64,000 bases of DNA from the NCBI GenBank assembly GCA_905178155.1, contig CAJINV010000006.1, forward strand, positions 1,613,876 through 1,677,875, in the 5' to 3' direction. This document shows positions 51,001-63,000 of this stretch, piece after piece; position 1 is the first letter of the stretch, and every line of letters starts with the position of its first letter. Source of the DNA: Amoebophrya sp. A120 (Eukaryota; Protista; Dinoflagellata). Below the pieces are notes generated by a model. It ran no database searches. It had not been told where the DNA came from and worked only from the letters and a program-made list of their open reading frames with translations. The position numbers were made by a program, and so were the translations under genes.

Positions 51001-54000
51001 CTACTTTCATACGTGTTTCCACGTACTAGCTGCGCATGACAGATTTTCCCTGTAATGCAAAGGTAATTTGTGATGCTGCTTTTCCTACACAGTTACACTT
51101 ACACAGTTTTTTTCCTGGATAAACTACCCATAGTTCTTGCCATGCAAATCTGCATTGGAGGTGAAAATGTCTCTCACGCGGAGCCCCATGACACGCATTT
51201 TCTACTGCTGTTTGAAGTTTGTGATTTACCTACAATCAGCATGAGAAACAAGATTGGTGATGCTGCTGCGCTAGCTCAAGATCGCGATTACATTTTTGCG
51301 AACCCAGCAAATTTGTCATGCGCAACAGCCAAAGCTTGCTAATTTGTCTTGCAGATTTCCCAACTTGTTGACTCTGGGGTCGGGCCGACGTTTTTACATA
51401 TGATTACACGCCCTGTCTCAAGGACGGGGAGCGGTACTACAGAAGAAAGGTCCGCGACGTGGATATCCTGTGTAAAAACGTCCCCACCCCAGAGTTGTCA
51501 TGCAAATGTGCAATGACAGGAACATTTGTAATGCGCATCTCCTTGAGAGGCATTTCCAGTTGTGTTTTGGAATTTGTAATGCTGTAATCAGGATGAGCAA
51601 ATGGCTTTTTCATGCGGCTTTCGTTGCGAACCAGCACTACACTGCAGATGGAAACTTGTCATGCAGAACTCCCAAAGCTTGGAGATTTGTGTTGCAGATT
51701 TCCCATCTTGACTATGGTGTGGGGACGTTTTTACATAGGATAGTGGAAACGCCAATGCTTCATGGTGGGAAGGAGTGCCCGAGTGGGTGGTGCAAGGCCG
51801 GGGAACTGGAGCAATTGTTCAAATTATTCCATGACAAGCTCGCGGCCCGCCCAACATATCCTGAGTAAAAACATCCCCACACCAGAGTCAAGATGGGGAT
51901 TTTGCAACACAAACCTAGAACTTTTGGGGGTCACGCATCACAAGTTGCAGTCCGTAGTGTAGTGCAGGCTCGCAAGGCCAGCTGTATCAGGAATCCATCT
52001 GCTCATCCTGTTTACAGCATTACAAATTCCAAAACACGACTAAAAATGCCTCTCCTGGCGATGCGCATTACAAATGTTCCTGTCATTGCAAATCTGCATG
52101 ACAATTCTGGCGTGGGTACGTTTTTACTCAGGATACAACATCGCAGCGGGTCACGTTTGAAGACATCGACTCGGAGGCTATCAAATGTAAAAGTGTCTGG
52201 GTCTGGAAGATTGCCAGGTTTGTCATGCACATTTTGCATAACTCCTGATCGATCTGTGACGCATGCCCTAGCATGACAGATTTTGTGAGGGCTTCCTGAT
52301 ACCTACACCGCATGACAAATGCTCTTTCCGTGTAGCAAAAATTGGACTCTCTTTGCTGCTCATGCAATACAGATTTTTTCAGGATCCAAAATCAGCATGA
52401 CAAGTTGGATTCTTCCAGACCCAGACATTTTTACAGTTGATAGAGGCAGTAACGGACCAACAACTGACCGAGCCTGAGGTGATTACCTTCGTGGACAACG
52501 GTGTTGACAATGATGACACCCTGCTGAATATCAAATGTAAAAGTGTCTGGGTCTGGAAGAATGCATGTTTGTCATGCTTGTCTGGCATGACTCGAGAATC
52601 TGTCATGCACGTTGCCCAAGAGCCGCATTTTTCTGTCATGCGGAGACGCAGTTTGTCATGCAGAATAGGCAACACCTACAAGCTTAGAAATTTGTCATGC
52701 TGAGCCAGCACATGTGGCCCCCTCATGCTACGCCACTCAGCATCACAAGTTTCCAGACCCAGACATTTTTGCAGTTCATACTGAAGACGAAGAAGCAGTT
52801 TTTCTCCTGGATCCGAAGGCAGGACCCCGGCCTATCAACTGTAAAAATGTCTGGGTCTGGAACAAAGCAACTTGTCATGCTATATCAATATCTGAATCAT
52901 GTAAAAATCTGTGTTGCATGATTGCCAAAAGCTGTCCACTTTTGACCTAATCGAGAGGCAGTTTCTCATGCAGGATAGGCATGATAGAACTCTCACAGAA
53001 TCTGTCATGCTCTGTCCTACATGCCCGACCTCATGGGTCATGGAAAACCTGCATGACAAGTCTAGCACTCTTCCAGACCCAGACATTTTTGCACTTGATA
53101 CGGCCTTCCTGGTTACCAGAGCCCCGGCGCCGACCCAGGGTTCGAAAACATCGGGAAAGAGGAATGGCTGACAACTTTACATCTGCAGTTTGGCTTGGAG
53201 TGGATCGAAAAGAAGGATTTGGACAATCTGAAAAAAGTTTTGACCGGGGGGCCGCAGGTTCAGAACACGGACACCTGCATATGACAGTGCACAACTCCCC
53301 CTCCCCTTCCTTTGTCATGCAGAGCCCCAAATGCAAGTGCTTCCCTTTGGCACTGTTTGCATGACAGATTCCGGAAGGAGCCCAAACGCAAACAGTGCTA
53401 CACGAGGCGCATAAATTTGTCATGCACAGGCTCCACATGTGCTGGTGTTTGTATTGCTGTTTGTGCAACATCAGAAATGAGGGGGAGGGGGAGTTGTGCA
53501 CATTCATACTGAAAGGATGCGCTTCACTACAAAGATTTCGACGATGACTTTTGTATCAGCAGTAGCGGATACAAAGATAAGCTTCCCCGCTGTCCTATCG
53601 CATGCGAAATGACGGTATGAACTGCAAAAGTATCGTACTAGTATGAATCGCATGACAAATTTCCACAGCATGAGAAATAGAATTTGTGATGCGGATTTAA
53701 CTTGGCAAAAAAATTTGTAATGCATGAATGCGATTAGTACGAGAACGATGCTTTTGCAGAGGATAGACGGACTGGGAGGATGATTTGTCCCATTTTGGAC
53801 ACTATTAAATGCAAAAATGTCTGGGTCTGGAAGAATGCATGTTTGTCATGCTTGTCTGGCATGACTCTTAAATCTGTCATGCACGTTACCCAAGACCTCC
53901 ATTTTTCTCTGATGCAGAAACGCAGTTTGTCACGCAGAGTAGGCAACACCTAGTAGCTCGGAAACTTGTCATGCTGAGCCAGCACTTGTGGCCTCATCAT

Positions 54001-57000
54001 GAGACGCCACCCAGCATCACAAGTTTCCAGACATCCAGGAATTTTTACATTTGATAGACACAAAGTTTTCCACTTCTCCGAGCTCCGGGAGGTGGAACGA
54101 CGGCGTATGGATTGCAAAAATGTCTGGGTCTGGAAGGTTGGAACTTGTGATGCTAACTTTGGACTCTAAAAAATTCTGTATTGCATGACCAGCAAGAGGA
54201 GTCCGGTTTGTGCTACGCGTGGAGGGCATTTGTCATCGGAGCAGGCATCAGGAAGGCCTCTAAAAATCTGTGATGCTAGGGCTTCCATGACAGACATTCT
54301 GTGTCATGCAAAAAAAGCAATAGGCGTGGGCCTGTAGGCCTAAATTCCGGTCGGTTGGTCGGTTGGTTGGTTGGTTTTGGACAGACGACAACTGACCGAA
54401 CCCGCTGCATTGTGTTTTGTGTTCTTCTGCGATTCGTCTCTTATTACTGTTGAGGCTGCCTACCTACCCACCTACCTGGCGTCTTTTCGATTCATTGTAG
54501 TACCGTGATCGCACCGACCCACCTACCTACCTATCCGCTGCCACCCAGAGACAGCTGCCTACTGGTCACGCCTACCGACCCACCTACCCACCCTCATGGT
54601 GGGTAGGTGGGGCGAGGGAGCGCGCGCTGCCTATTGGCCACGCCTACCGACCTACCGACCCACCAGCCTGGTGGGTGGGTGGGGCGAGGGTGCGCTGCCT
54701 ATTGGCCACACCTACCGACCTACCCACCCACCTCGCTGGTGGGTGGGTGGGGCGAGCAAACGTTGCCTATTGGCCACGCCCACCGATCTACCCACCCACC
54801 GCGCTGGTGGGTGGGTGGGGCGAGCAAACGCTGCCTATTGGCCATGCCCACCGACCTACCCACCCACCGCACTGGTGGGTGGGTGGGTGGGGCGAGCGTG
54901 CGCTGCCCCTTGGCCACGCCTACCGACCTACCCACCCACGAGCCTGGTGGGCGGGTGGGGCGAGCGTGCGCTGCCTATTGGCCACGCCTACCGACCTACC
55001 CACCCACGAGCCTGGTGGGCGGGTGGGGCGAGCGTGCGCTGCCTATTGGCCACGCCTACCGACCTACCCACCCACCTCGCTGGTGGGTGGGTGGGGTGAG
55101 CGTGTGTTGCCTCTTGGCCACGCCTACCGACCTACCCACCCACCTGCCTGGTGGGTGGGTGGAGCGAGCGCGCGCTGCCTATTGGCCACGCCTGCCGAGC
55201 GACCTACCCACCCGCCAGGCAGGTGGGGGTGTGGGGCGAGCGTGCGCTGCCTACTGGCCACGCCTACCGTCCTACCCACCCACCTGCCTGGTGGGGGGCG
55301 GGGCGAGCGTGCGTTGCCTGTTGGCTACGCCTACCGACCTACCCACCCAGCTGCCAAGCGGGGGGGGGCGAGCGGGTGTTGGCTATTGGCCACGCCTACC
55401 GACCTACCAACCCACCTGCCAAGCGGGGGGGGAGGGGGTCGGGCGAGCGTGCGTTGCCTATGGCGCAATTTACTAGCAGGGGGTTTGCAAGCAAGGGACT
55501 CGCGCAGCCAAGGGGTTGCGCAAAAAGCCTCCGCGCGGCATGACCAAGCGGGGGCTGATCCAAATTTATTTTGCGCGAGTTTGTCTCTATTTCCCGAGTG
55601 TGTTTTGCTCGGGTTGAGGAAACACAGGTCGAGGCTGGAGAAAAGTGCAGCTCTGGAGCCCCGGCCTCTTTCGATCTCACAGGCGCAAACTCTCACGAGG
55701 CCCCCCGGAGCTCCGACTGCGTCCACGCAGCACAGATCTGTGTCTGCAGCGAGCTGCGCGCACCACTGATTTGTGTTGCGCGCGTCACAGATTCGCGCCC
55801 ACGCAGCGCAGATTTGTGTCTCCGGCGAGCTGCGCGCAACACAGATTCGTGCGCAACACGCAGCACAGATTTGCGCGCAGCGCCGATTTGTGCTGCGCGC
55901 ACGCAGCGGAGATTTGTGTCTGCGGCGAGCTGCGCGCAGCACAGATTTGTGGTGCGCGCAACACAGAGTTGCGCCCACGCAACACAGATTTGTGTCTGTG
56001 TTGCGTGGACACATCGAAGTCTCCTTCTGCCGAGACCTTTCTGCCGCCCTGGCGGAAGTGCCTACTGGGCGGCGATAGGATGCGGCGCTACCAGCCTCGC
56101 AGGGGCGGGCTGCAGCCCCGGTAGGGAGGCAGGTGCTCCGCGCGCCCCGACCACCCCCCTATCGTGTTTCGCCCTCCTTGCCGTTGCGGTTATCTTCTAA
56201 AGTCAAAACCGATGTGCGTTTTTCCATAATTCGTAAATTCGGTCAGTTGTCGTCTGTCCAAAACCAACCAACCAACCGACCAACCGACCGGAATTTAGGC
56301 CTACAGGCCCACGCCTACTCAAAAAAAGCATAAAAAATTTCGGATTCTTCCAGACCCAGACATTTTTACATTTGATACGGCGGGAGGTGGAACAACCAGG
56401 CGGCCCTGCTGGTTCCTTTCTGCAACAAAGAACGGAGCCACCACTTCTGTCTGAGCCACGAACTTCTGCCGCTGTTGATTCCTTTCTGCAAGCGGAGCCA
56501 CGACGGTCTGAACCAGACGCCGGCCTTTTTTCTTTTTTGCAAGCCACCACAGCAGATGGCGATGGCGCTAAGTTTATCTATCTTGACACGTGGCAAAGCA
56601 AATACGAGTCCTTTGCTTCAAAAAACGAATGGAAGTGGGACGCAGACAACAAAACCGCGAAAGTGACCTTCTACGCTAGAACACCAAGCAGTTCTTCTCC
56701 CACAACAACCCAACTGCAGAAGCATAAAGAAGAGATAGCCAAAATCTTCCGCAAGCTTGACTTTGACAAAGATGAAAAGTTAAGCGAAAAAGAGTACAGC
56801 CGGTTTTTACAAGATCCCGCGTGCAAAAATTTTTGCACCGACGATGCAACAAACAAGCCGCGGCAAAAAAAGCAGCTGCGGAGAATCAGGATTCAGCCGC
56901 AGTACGACGGAACCGCATGTCCGGCTGAGGAGCGGCCAACTGTTTGTAAAGATCCGTCGACGACTCCCGATTTGCCTGTCGGACCCTGTCCCCACGACTG

Positions 57001-60000
57001 CGCGTTTATGGCGTGGGGGAGCGATAATCTGTGTTACAACATGACCAATGACAAGGTATCCACTGCAAACATTGATCTGGGTCTGAAAGGTAGTTGCAAC
57101 TTGTTGTATATGCTGTCTACTTCGGATTATTTTTCTAAAAAAAGTGTGCTGTTTTTGCACGATCAGCAAGAGCAGGAGTCCAGTTTGTGCTACGCGGAGA
57201 GGAAATTCAAATTTACTCATGCGGAATAAGCATCAAGAAGATCTCTAAATTTATGCCATTTTTGTTCATTACAGGCAAAGGCATCATGGTCCATGCAAAA
57301 TATGCATGACAAACCTGGCAATCATCTTCCAGACCCTGACATATCGGCAATGCATACAAGGTGGTGAATTGTAAAACAGACACCGAATACGGCTGTTGGG
57401 ACAAAGCTCACCCCAACAGGTATCGCAAGAAAAAAACTGTGTAAGTGTAAATCTGCAATGCAGAAGAACATGCAACAGATTTACGCCCGTGGTCATGCCG
57501 GACAGCCATGAAGTGCTCTTTTTATCTGTGTTTTCCATTGCAAGAGCAAGACACGCATTTTTTTTGTCATGTAGAGCAAAGTTGTGATGCTATTGCTATC
57601 AGCCAAAGATTGTTACACTATTAACACAGGAGTTTTTCTCTCGGATAACACGGGCGCGCAGTGCAAAGACGAGCAAGGGCAGCCGGTGCCCCCGGCGCAG
57701 TATTATCGCATATACACGCGGTCGGTCACGGAACAGACGAATGACGGCAAGCCCTGCCCGGCCGAAGATTCCCTGTGCACCGAGCACCATGAACACGACT
57801 GTACGAATATCAAAAGGAAAAATCCCCCCTCCCCATATCGAAACGAAATTTCTGATGCTGGATTTGCGTACACAAATCAGGTCTGTCTTGCTGGAGAGGA
57901 CTGCAGGCATATACCAAGCCTGGGTCGAGAGGTTTTGACGTAGGGGACTAGCATGACAGACGTCGGCCCTGTAAGCCCAACAGCATCACAAACCGCCGGC
58001 ATAATGCGGCGGACTCTCTGGCTTTGCCTTCTTGCAAGACAGACAGGATTTGTGACCTCAAATCTGCAGCACAAATTTTCAGACGAATGCGTTCTCAATA
58101 TTATGGGGAGGACGGATTTTTCCTCTCAATAACGAAGCAAAACGTTCGCGTGTACCACAACCATGACCAGTGCACCTCCACCGAACCCGGTGTCCCTTCG
58201 CTCGGCTGGTGCGCGATTGACTGCCAGGTTAGTGAGTGGAACCAGACCGACCTGGAAAAGGTGTCCCGGTGCCTGCGCGACGTGACGCAGCCACCCGCCC
58301 CTTATCAAATGCAAATATGTGGTCTGGGTCTGGAAGATTCTGAGACTTGTGCTGCACGTTTTGCATGAGCCATGACGTCGATGATGCATATGTCCTAGCA
58401 TCACAGAGGACTTTTTGAGGGCTTGTTGATGCCGATTCCACACGACAAATACCCCTACTACCGCGTAGCAAAAATTCCTTTCCCTTTGCTGCTCATGCAA
58501 TACAACTTTTTGTAGAATTTGAATGCAGCACCACAAGATGCATTTCTCCAGACCCAGATGACACATTTGCAATGTATACCCCCCCAAAAGTTGTCGGCCC
58601 CCACCGGTTTCCGAAGAACTTTTTCAGCCAACCGAAGGGTGAAAATGAAACATTTTGCATGAAACCCTTTGCGAACCCAGCGGAGGAAGGAACGTACTAC
58701 CAGAAACTTGTTCGCACGGTGCTGCTATCCCAGAAAAAAAGGCCAGACGGTGTAACTTTGACTTTCTTGGCGGAATAGCATTTTTACAAACATGTGGTCT
58801 TCTGGAATGATAGGAAAATCCCGCCATAATCATGCGCAGATTGTGCATTGAAGCGCACTTCTTGAATGGACCCTACAAATACAATGAATTTCCAGCATGT
58901 CTACAGGTGCAATCATCTAGCATGTTCTTGCGCATCACAAAGTTCTTACACTAACAATGCTTTTTTCTGGCATGATAGCTGCGGCCCGCGAACCACACTG
59001 GCGCCGTTGCGGGTAGGAGTGTGAATCACCTCCCCACCCCTTTGAATCACCTCCCCACGCATCACCCCGCCACCCGGATCACCTACCCACCTCCCCCGCA
59101 TCACCTCGTGATGCGGCCGCATCACCACCGCAACGGCCGGAGGTGATGCAGAAGCAGAGCCGGCTGCGGCCTTGGTTGTTTAGGGTCTAGGGTTTAGGGC
59201 TCGGGGTTTAGGGTCGTCGAGGCCAGCCGGCGCGACGGTGCGCGCCGTCGCGCCGGCTGGCCTCGGCGATTCTCTTCTCCTCGTGTTGTTCCCCCCTTCT
59301 CCGCCCTTGGGCGCCACCCTTTTGGTTTCCGCTTCTCCTAGGTCCTTATATATGTTGTTCCATTTTCGTCACCTTAGGGCCGCCGGCCGCCATCTGGCGG
59401 CCGCGTACATAGGCGGATCTGTCACGCAGCATGAGGGCTCATGTGCGTTGTGGCAGATACCTGGCTTCATGGCCGCGAGGTAGATCGATGGCACAGAAGC
59501 CAAGCAGCAAGCATCCAGACGCAGTCACGTTCTGGTCGACCATCACGGGGAAGTGCAACGCAGTGGGGAAGTGCTGGACGACTGGGAGGTGGGGAGGTGG
59601 GGAAGTACCTCCCCACCTTCCCACTACTGGGGAGGTACCTCCCCACACGTGGGGAGGCACCTCCCCAGGGTGGGGAGGTAGGGAGGTGGGGAGGTGATGC
59701 GTGGGGAGGTGATTCACACCATAACCTTAGCCGTTGCGTGTCCGACGGGAGAAACGGACAGTCATAACCCTTCGTACCCGTCAGTCGATGCCATCCCCAA
59801 GGACGACATGACTTTCAATGTCTACAAGGATTTCAACGCTTGTACTGAGGACCACTTACACTACTGTCCTTTCGATTGCCAGATGAGCGACGACTGGGCG
59901 GCGCAGGTGCCCCCTGGAACTCCGGAACCCGTGTGCTACAACAGTGAGACACACCAGCCGGACCACAGCCATAACAAGGCGGACGGAAAGCCATGCGGCA

Positions 60001-63000
60001 TAGAAGGGAAGCGCTACTACAGGAATTACACGCGCAACATCGCCATGTTGCCCGACGGCGTGACGCCGGCCGAGGCCAAGTACGGGGGCAAGGGGTGCCC
60101 GACGGGGTTGTGCCCGACCGAATTATTCGACAAGGACGGCCCACCAACCGAGAGGCCGCCCACCGCTTGGGCGAAGTGCAATAAGCAGGATGGGGCGCAT
60201 ATGGAAGTAGCGTCAGGTTTGAAACCGACAAAGTTGAAATAGTTTGTGACGCATGAATGGCAAGGCATGAAGTGCCTCTCTTCTTGCAGGGATTTTTGCA
60301 AGTAAGGCCGACTGTCAGCCTGTTCGGGGTCTGCGATAGAGCTGCTAAAGTAGCATGACAAAAGACGCCTTCTATCCCTAAACAGCATGACAAACTGGAT
60401 TTAGCCGGTTCCGAAATTTGTCATGCGCCGCTTCGAAATTGCGCTTCCAACTGGTATCCATTTTATGCATGGCAAATCATTTCAACTTTGACGATTTCAG
60501 TCCTGACGCTTCCATAGCGCAGTCGGATTACGCAGAATACCACGACTTTTTCGAGCCCGCTTGCCAAACGGCGCCGCCAGGTTCGTTGATGCTGTGTCCG
60601 GTAGACTGCGTGATGAAGCCGTGGAACGAAACCAAGGCAGCAGATCTTTCCCTCTGCGCCCTCGACGAGAGTCCGGTCCGGCCGAAATTACCGATTTACG
60701 GTCCGGACGAAATTAAAACGGAGCGCGTGGTTATAGAGGAACTACCATCTCCAGGGGGGAAGGAGAAGGGCAAGAAGTACTGCAAAAAGGGCCCTTCCGA
60801 GCGCTGGTACCAGATTTTGTTCCGGGGAGTAAAGACTGAGGCGAACAAAAGTCCCGAGAGCAAGCAATGCCCAACCGGCGAGGAGACAAGCAATAATGCT
60901 GCCTACAACACGGCAGCAAGCTATCGAATGCAAAAGCACCGTAAAAATAGTATAAATTGCATTACAAATTAGCTCAGCATTACAAATAAAATTTGTAATG
61001 CTGAATTACCTTGATAAAAAGATTTGTCATGCATAAATGCAATTACTACGAGTACCTACGATACTTTTGCATTGCATAAAAGCTTCAAAGCAAGCAATCC
61101 CGACGAGTATCCGGATCCGGAAACAAATCCTGACGCTACCCTGGGTATGAAATGCAAAAATGTCCGGGTCTGGAAGAATGCAACTTGTGATGCTGTATTT
61201 GGATTCCAAAAAAACCTGTATTGCATGAGTAGCAAACAGAATGCAATTTTTTCTACGCTGAGAAGATATTTGTCATGCGGAATAGGCATCAAGAAGCCCT
61301 CAGAAAATCTGTATTGCTAGGGTATGCATCACAGACATCATGGCTCATGCAAAACGTGCGTGACAACGACAAGTGTCAGAACCTTCCAGACCCAGACACT
61401 TTTACAATTGATACTGGGACCGCTGCGCCGCTTCAAAAACTACACAGCCTGTGACCCCCTTCCGATGTGTCCCGTGGACTGTGAGACCACTGCGTGGGAG
61501 AACGAAGATCCATCGCAGCCGAACTGTTTCAACGCCAAGACAGACGCCGTGGACACGCGCAGAGACACGGGGGCCCCGTGTCTGCGAGGACAGGTATGAA
61601 ATGTAAAAATGTCTGGGTCTGGAAGATTCTGAGACTTGTCATGCATGTTTTGCATTGGCCATGATGTCTGTGATGCATGCCCTAGCATCACAGATTTTTT
61701 GAGGGCTTCGCGATGCCTATTCCGCATGACAAACACCACTCCGCGTAGCAAAAATTGCATTCCCTTTGCTGCTCATGCAATAAAATAGATTTTTTTGGAA
61801 TCCAAATTCAGCATCACAAGTTGCATTCTTCCAGACCCAGACACTTTTACATTTGATAACAGGGCGCCCGGTACTACCGCAAGAAGACCAGGAGTGTGAA
61901 GACAGAATCTTATCCTGTGCAAAAGTATCGTACTCGTAGTATTTGCAATCATGCATCACAAATTTTTTTCTCAAGGTAAATCCGCATCACAGATTTTATA
62001 ATTTCTCATGCTGAGAAAATTTGTAATCGTAATGCATTTTTACGAGTACGATACTTTTGCAATTCATAAATCTGCCCACGGCGGCAAGGAGTGCCCGGCA
62101 CCGGACGGAGTGGAGTGTCAGGCGGGTACCCTGGAGGATGTGTACGAATTGATTAAGGGCAAGCTGGAGAAGTGCACGCCGCCCGAGGGCCCCAACAAAA
62201 AAGAACGCTGTACGCCTGTGACGACCGGCATCGCTGCCGACGGCAAAATCACTTTCCAGGACCTGGACTCGGCGAAGGACGACAATCTCGTGGACCCGGA
62301 AGTGATGGCGTTCGCGGACCAGAATACAACACTTGGTGGCAGGTTCCGGTCATGGTTTGACACAGAAGACCAGAACTCACAGATAACCCTCGCCGAATGG
62401 CGCAGGACGCTTTATCTCCTGTTCCAGAAAGAGTGGATCGAGCTATCAAAAGGAAAAATCCTCCCTCCCCATATCGAAAACGAAATTTGTGGTGCTGTAT
62501 TTGAGTACACAAATCGACTTGTCATGCTAGAATGCCAAGAGACGCAGCTGTGGCCTCGTTTGCAGGCAATTTGTCATGCTGTATCCCACTTCCAGCTGCC
62601 CCCTGTCATGCTGAAGATGCAAGGCTTTCCCACGCCAACCAGCACTACAGTCCGCATATCTACCCTTCTAGCATGACAAAGCTGATTTGTGGTCGCAAAT
62701 CTGCATCACAAATTTCTAGTTTGAGTATGGGGTGGGAAGATTTTTCACTTTGATACGAGCGCAAGGACCTCCCGCGGCTGAAAGAGATCCTCGCGGGGGG
62801 CCGAGAGGTGGCCAGCGAGGCAACGTGCAATGATGTACGCAGATACAGGGACTACAAGGATCCACAGTGTAGTATTGTACCACCTGGCGCTTTACCGCAG
62901 GGGCAGGCTGCGGCGGAAAATGAACTGCCCAGGTGCGAGATTGACTGCTCGCTGGGAGTATCAAATGTAAAAATGTCTGGGTCTGGAAGAATTGGAACTT

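Larger units (their letters stand above)
54319..56319. mobile_element. Non-autonomous Mutator-like (long-TIR) element nested in introner 54106-56377
   Basis: Near-perfect TIRs of about 80 bp (TAGGCGTGGGCCTGTAGGCCTAAATTCCGGTCGGTTGG...GACCGAA). Flanking duplication CAAAAAAAGC at 54309-54318 and 56320-56329. Interior is tandem repeats with no transposase. The superfamily call rests on TSD and TIR length only. Confidence 0.8.

Noticed and set aside
54596-56200. Long ORFs (up to 364 aa) in the 2-kb insertion as a possible transposase
   Set aside because: They are open in several frames because of stop-poor GC-rich tandem repeats. The peptides are repetitive with no DDE or zinc-finger signature.
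58750-59730. One long GT-AG intron starting at 58750
   Set aside because: 58726-58977 is a TSD-flanked (GCTGC) introner and 58978-59012 is a sensible exon (LRPANHTGAVA), so this GT lies inside an element.
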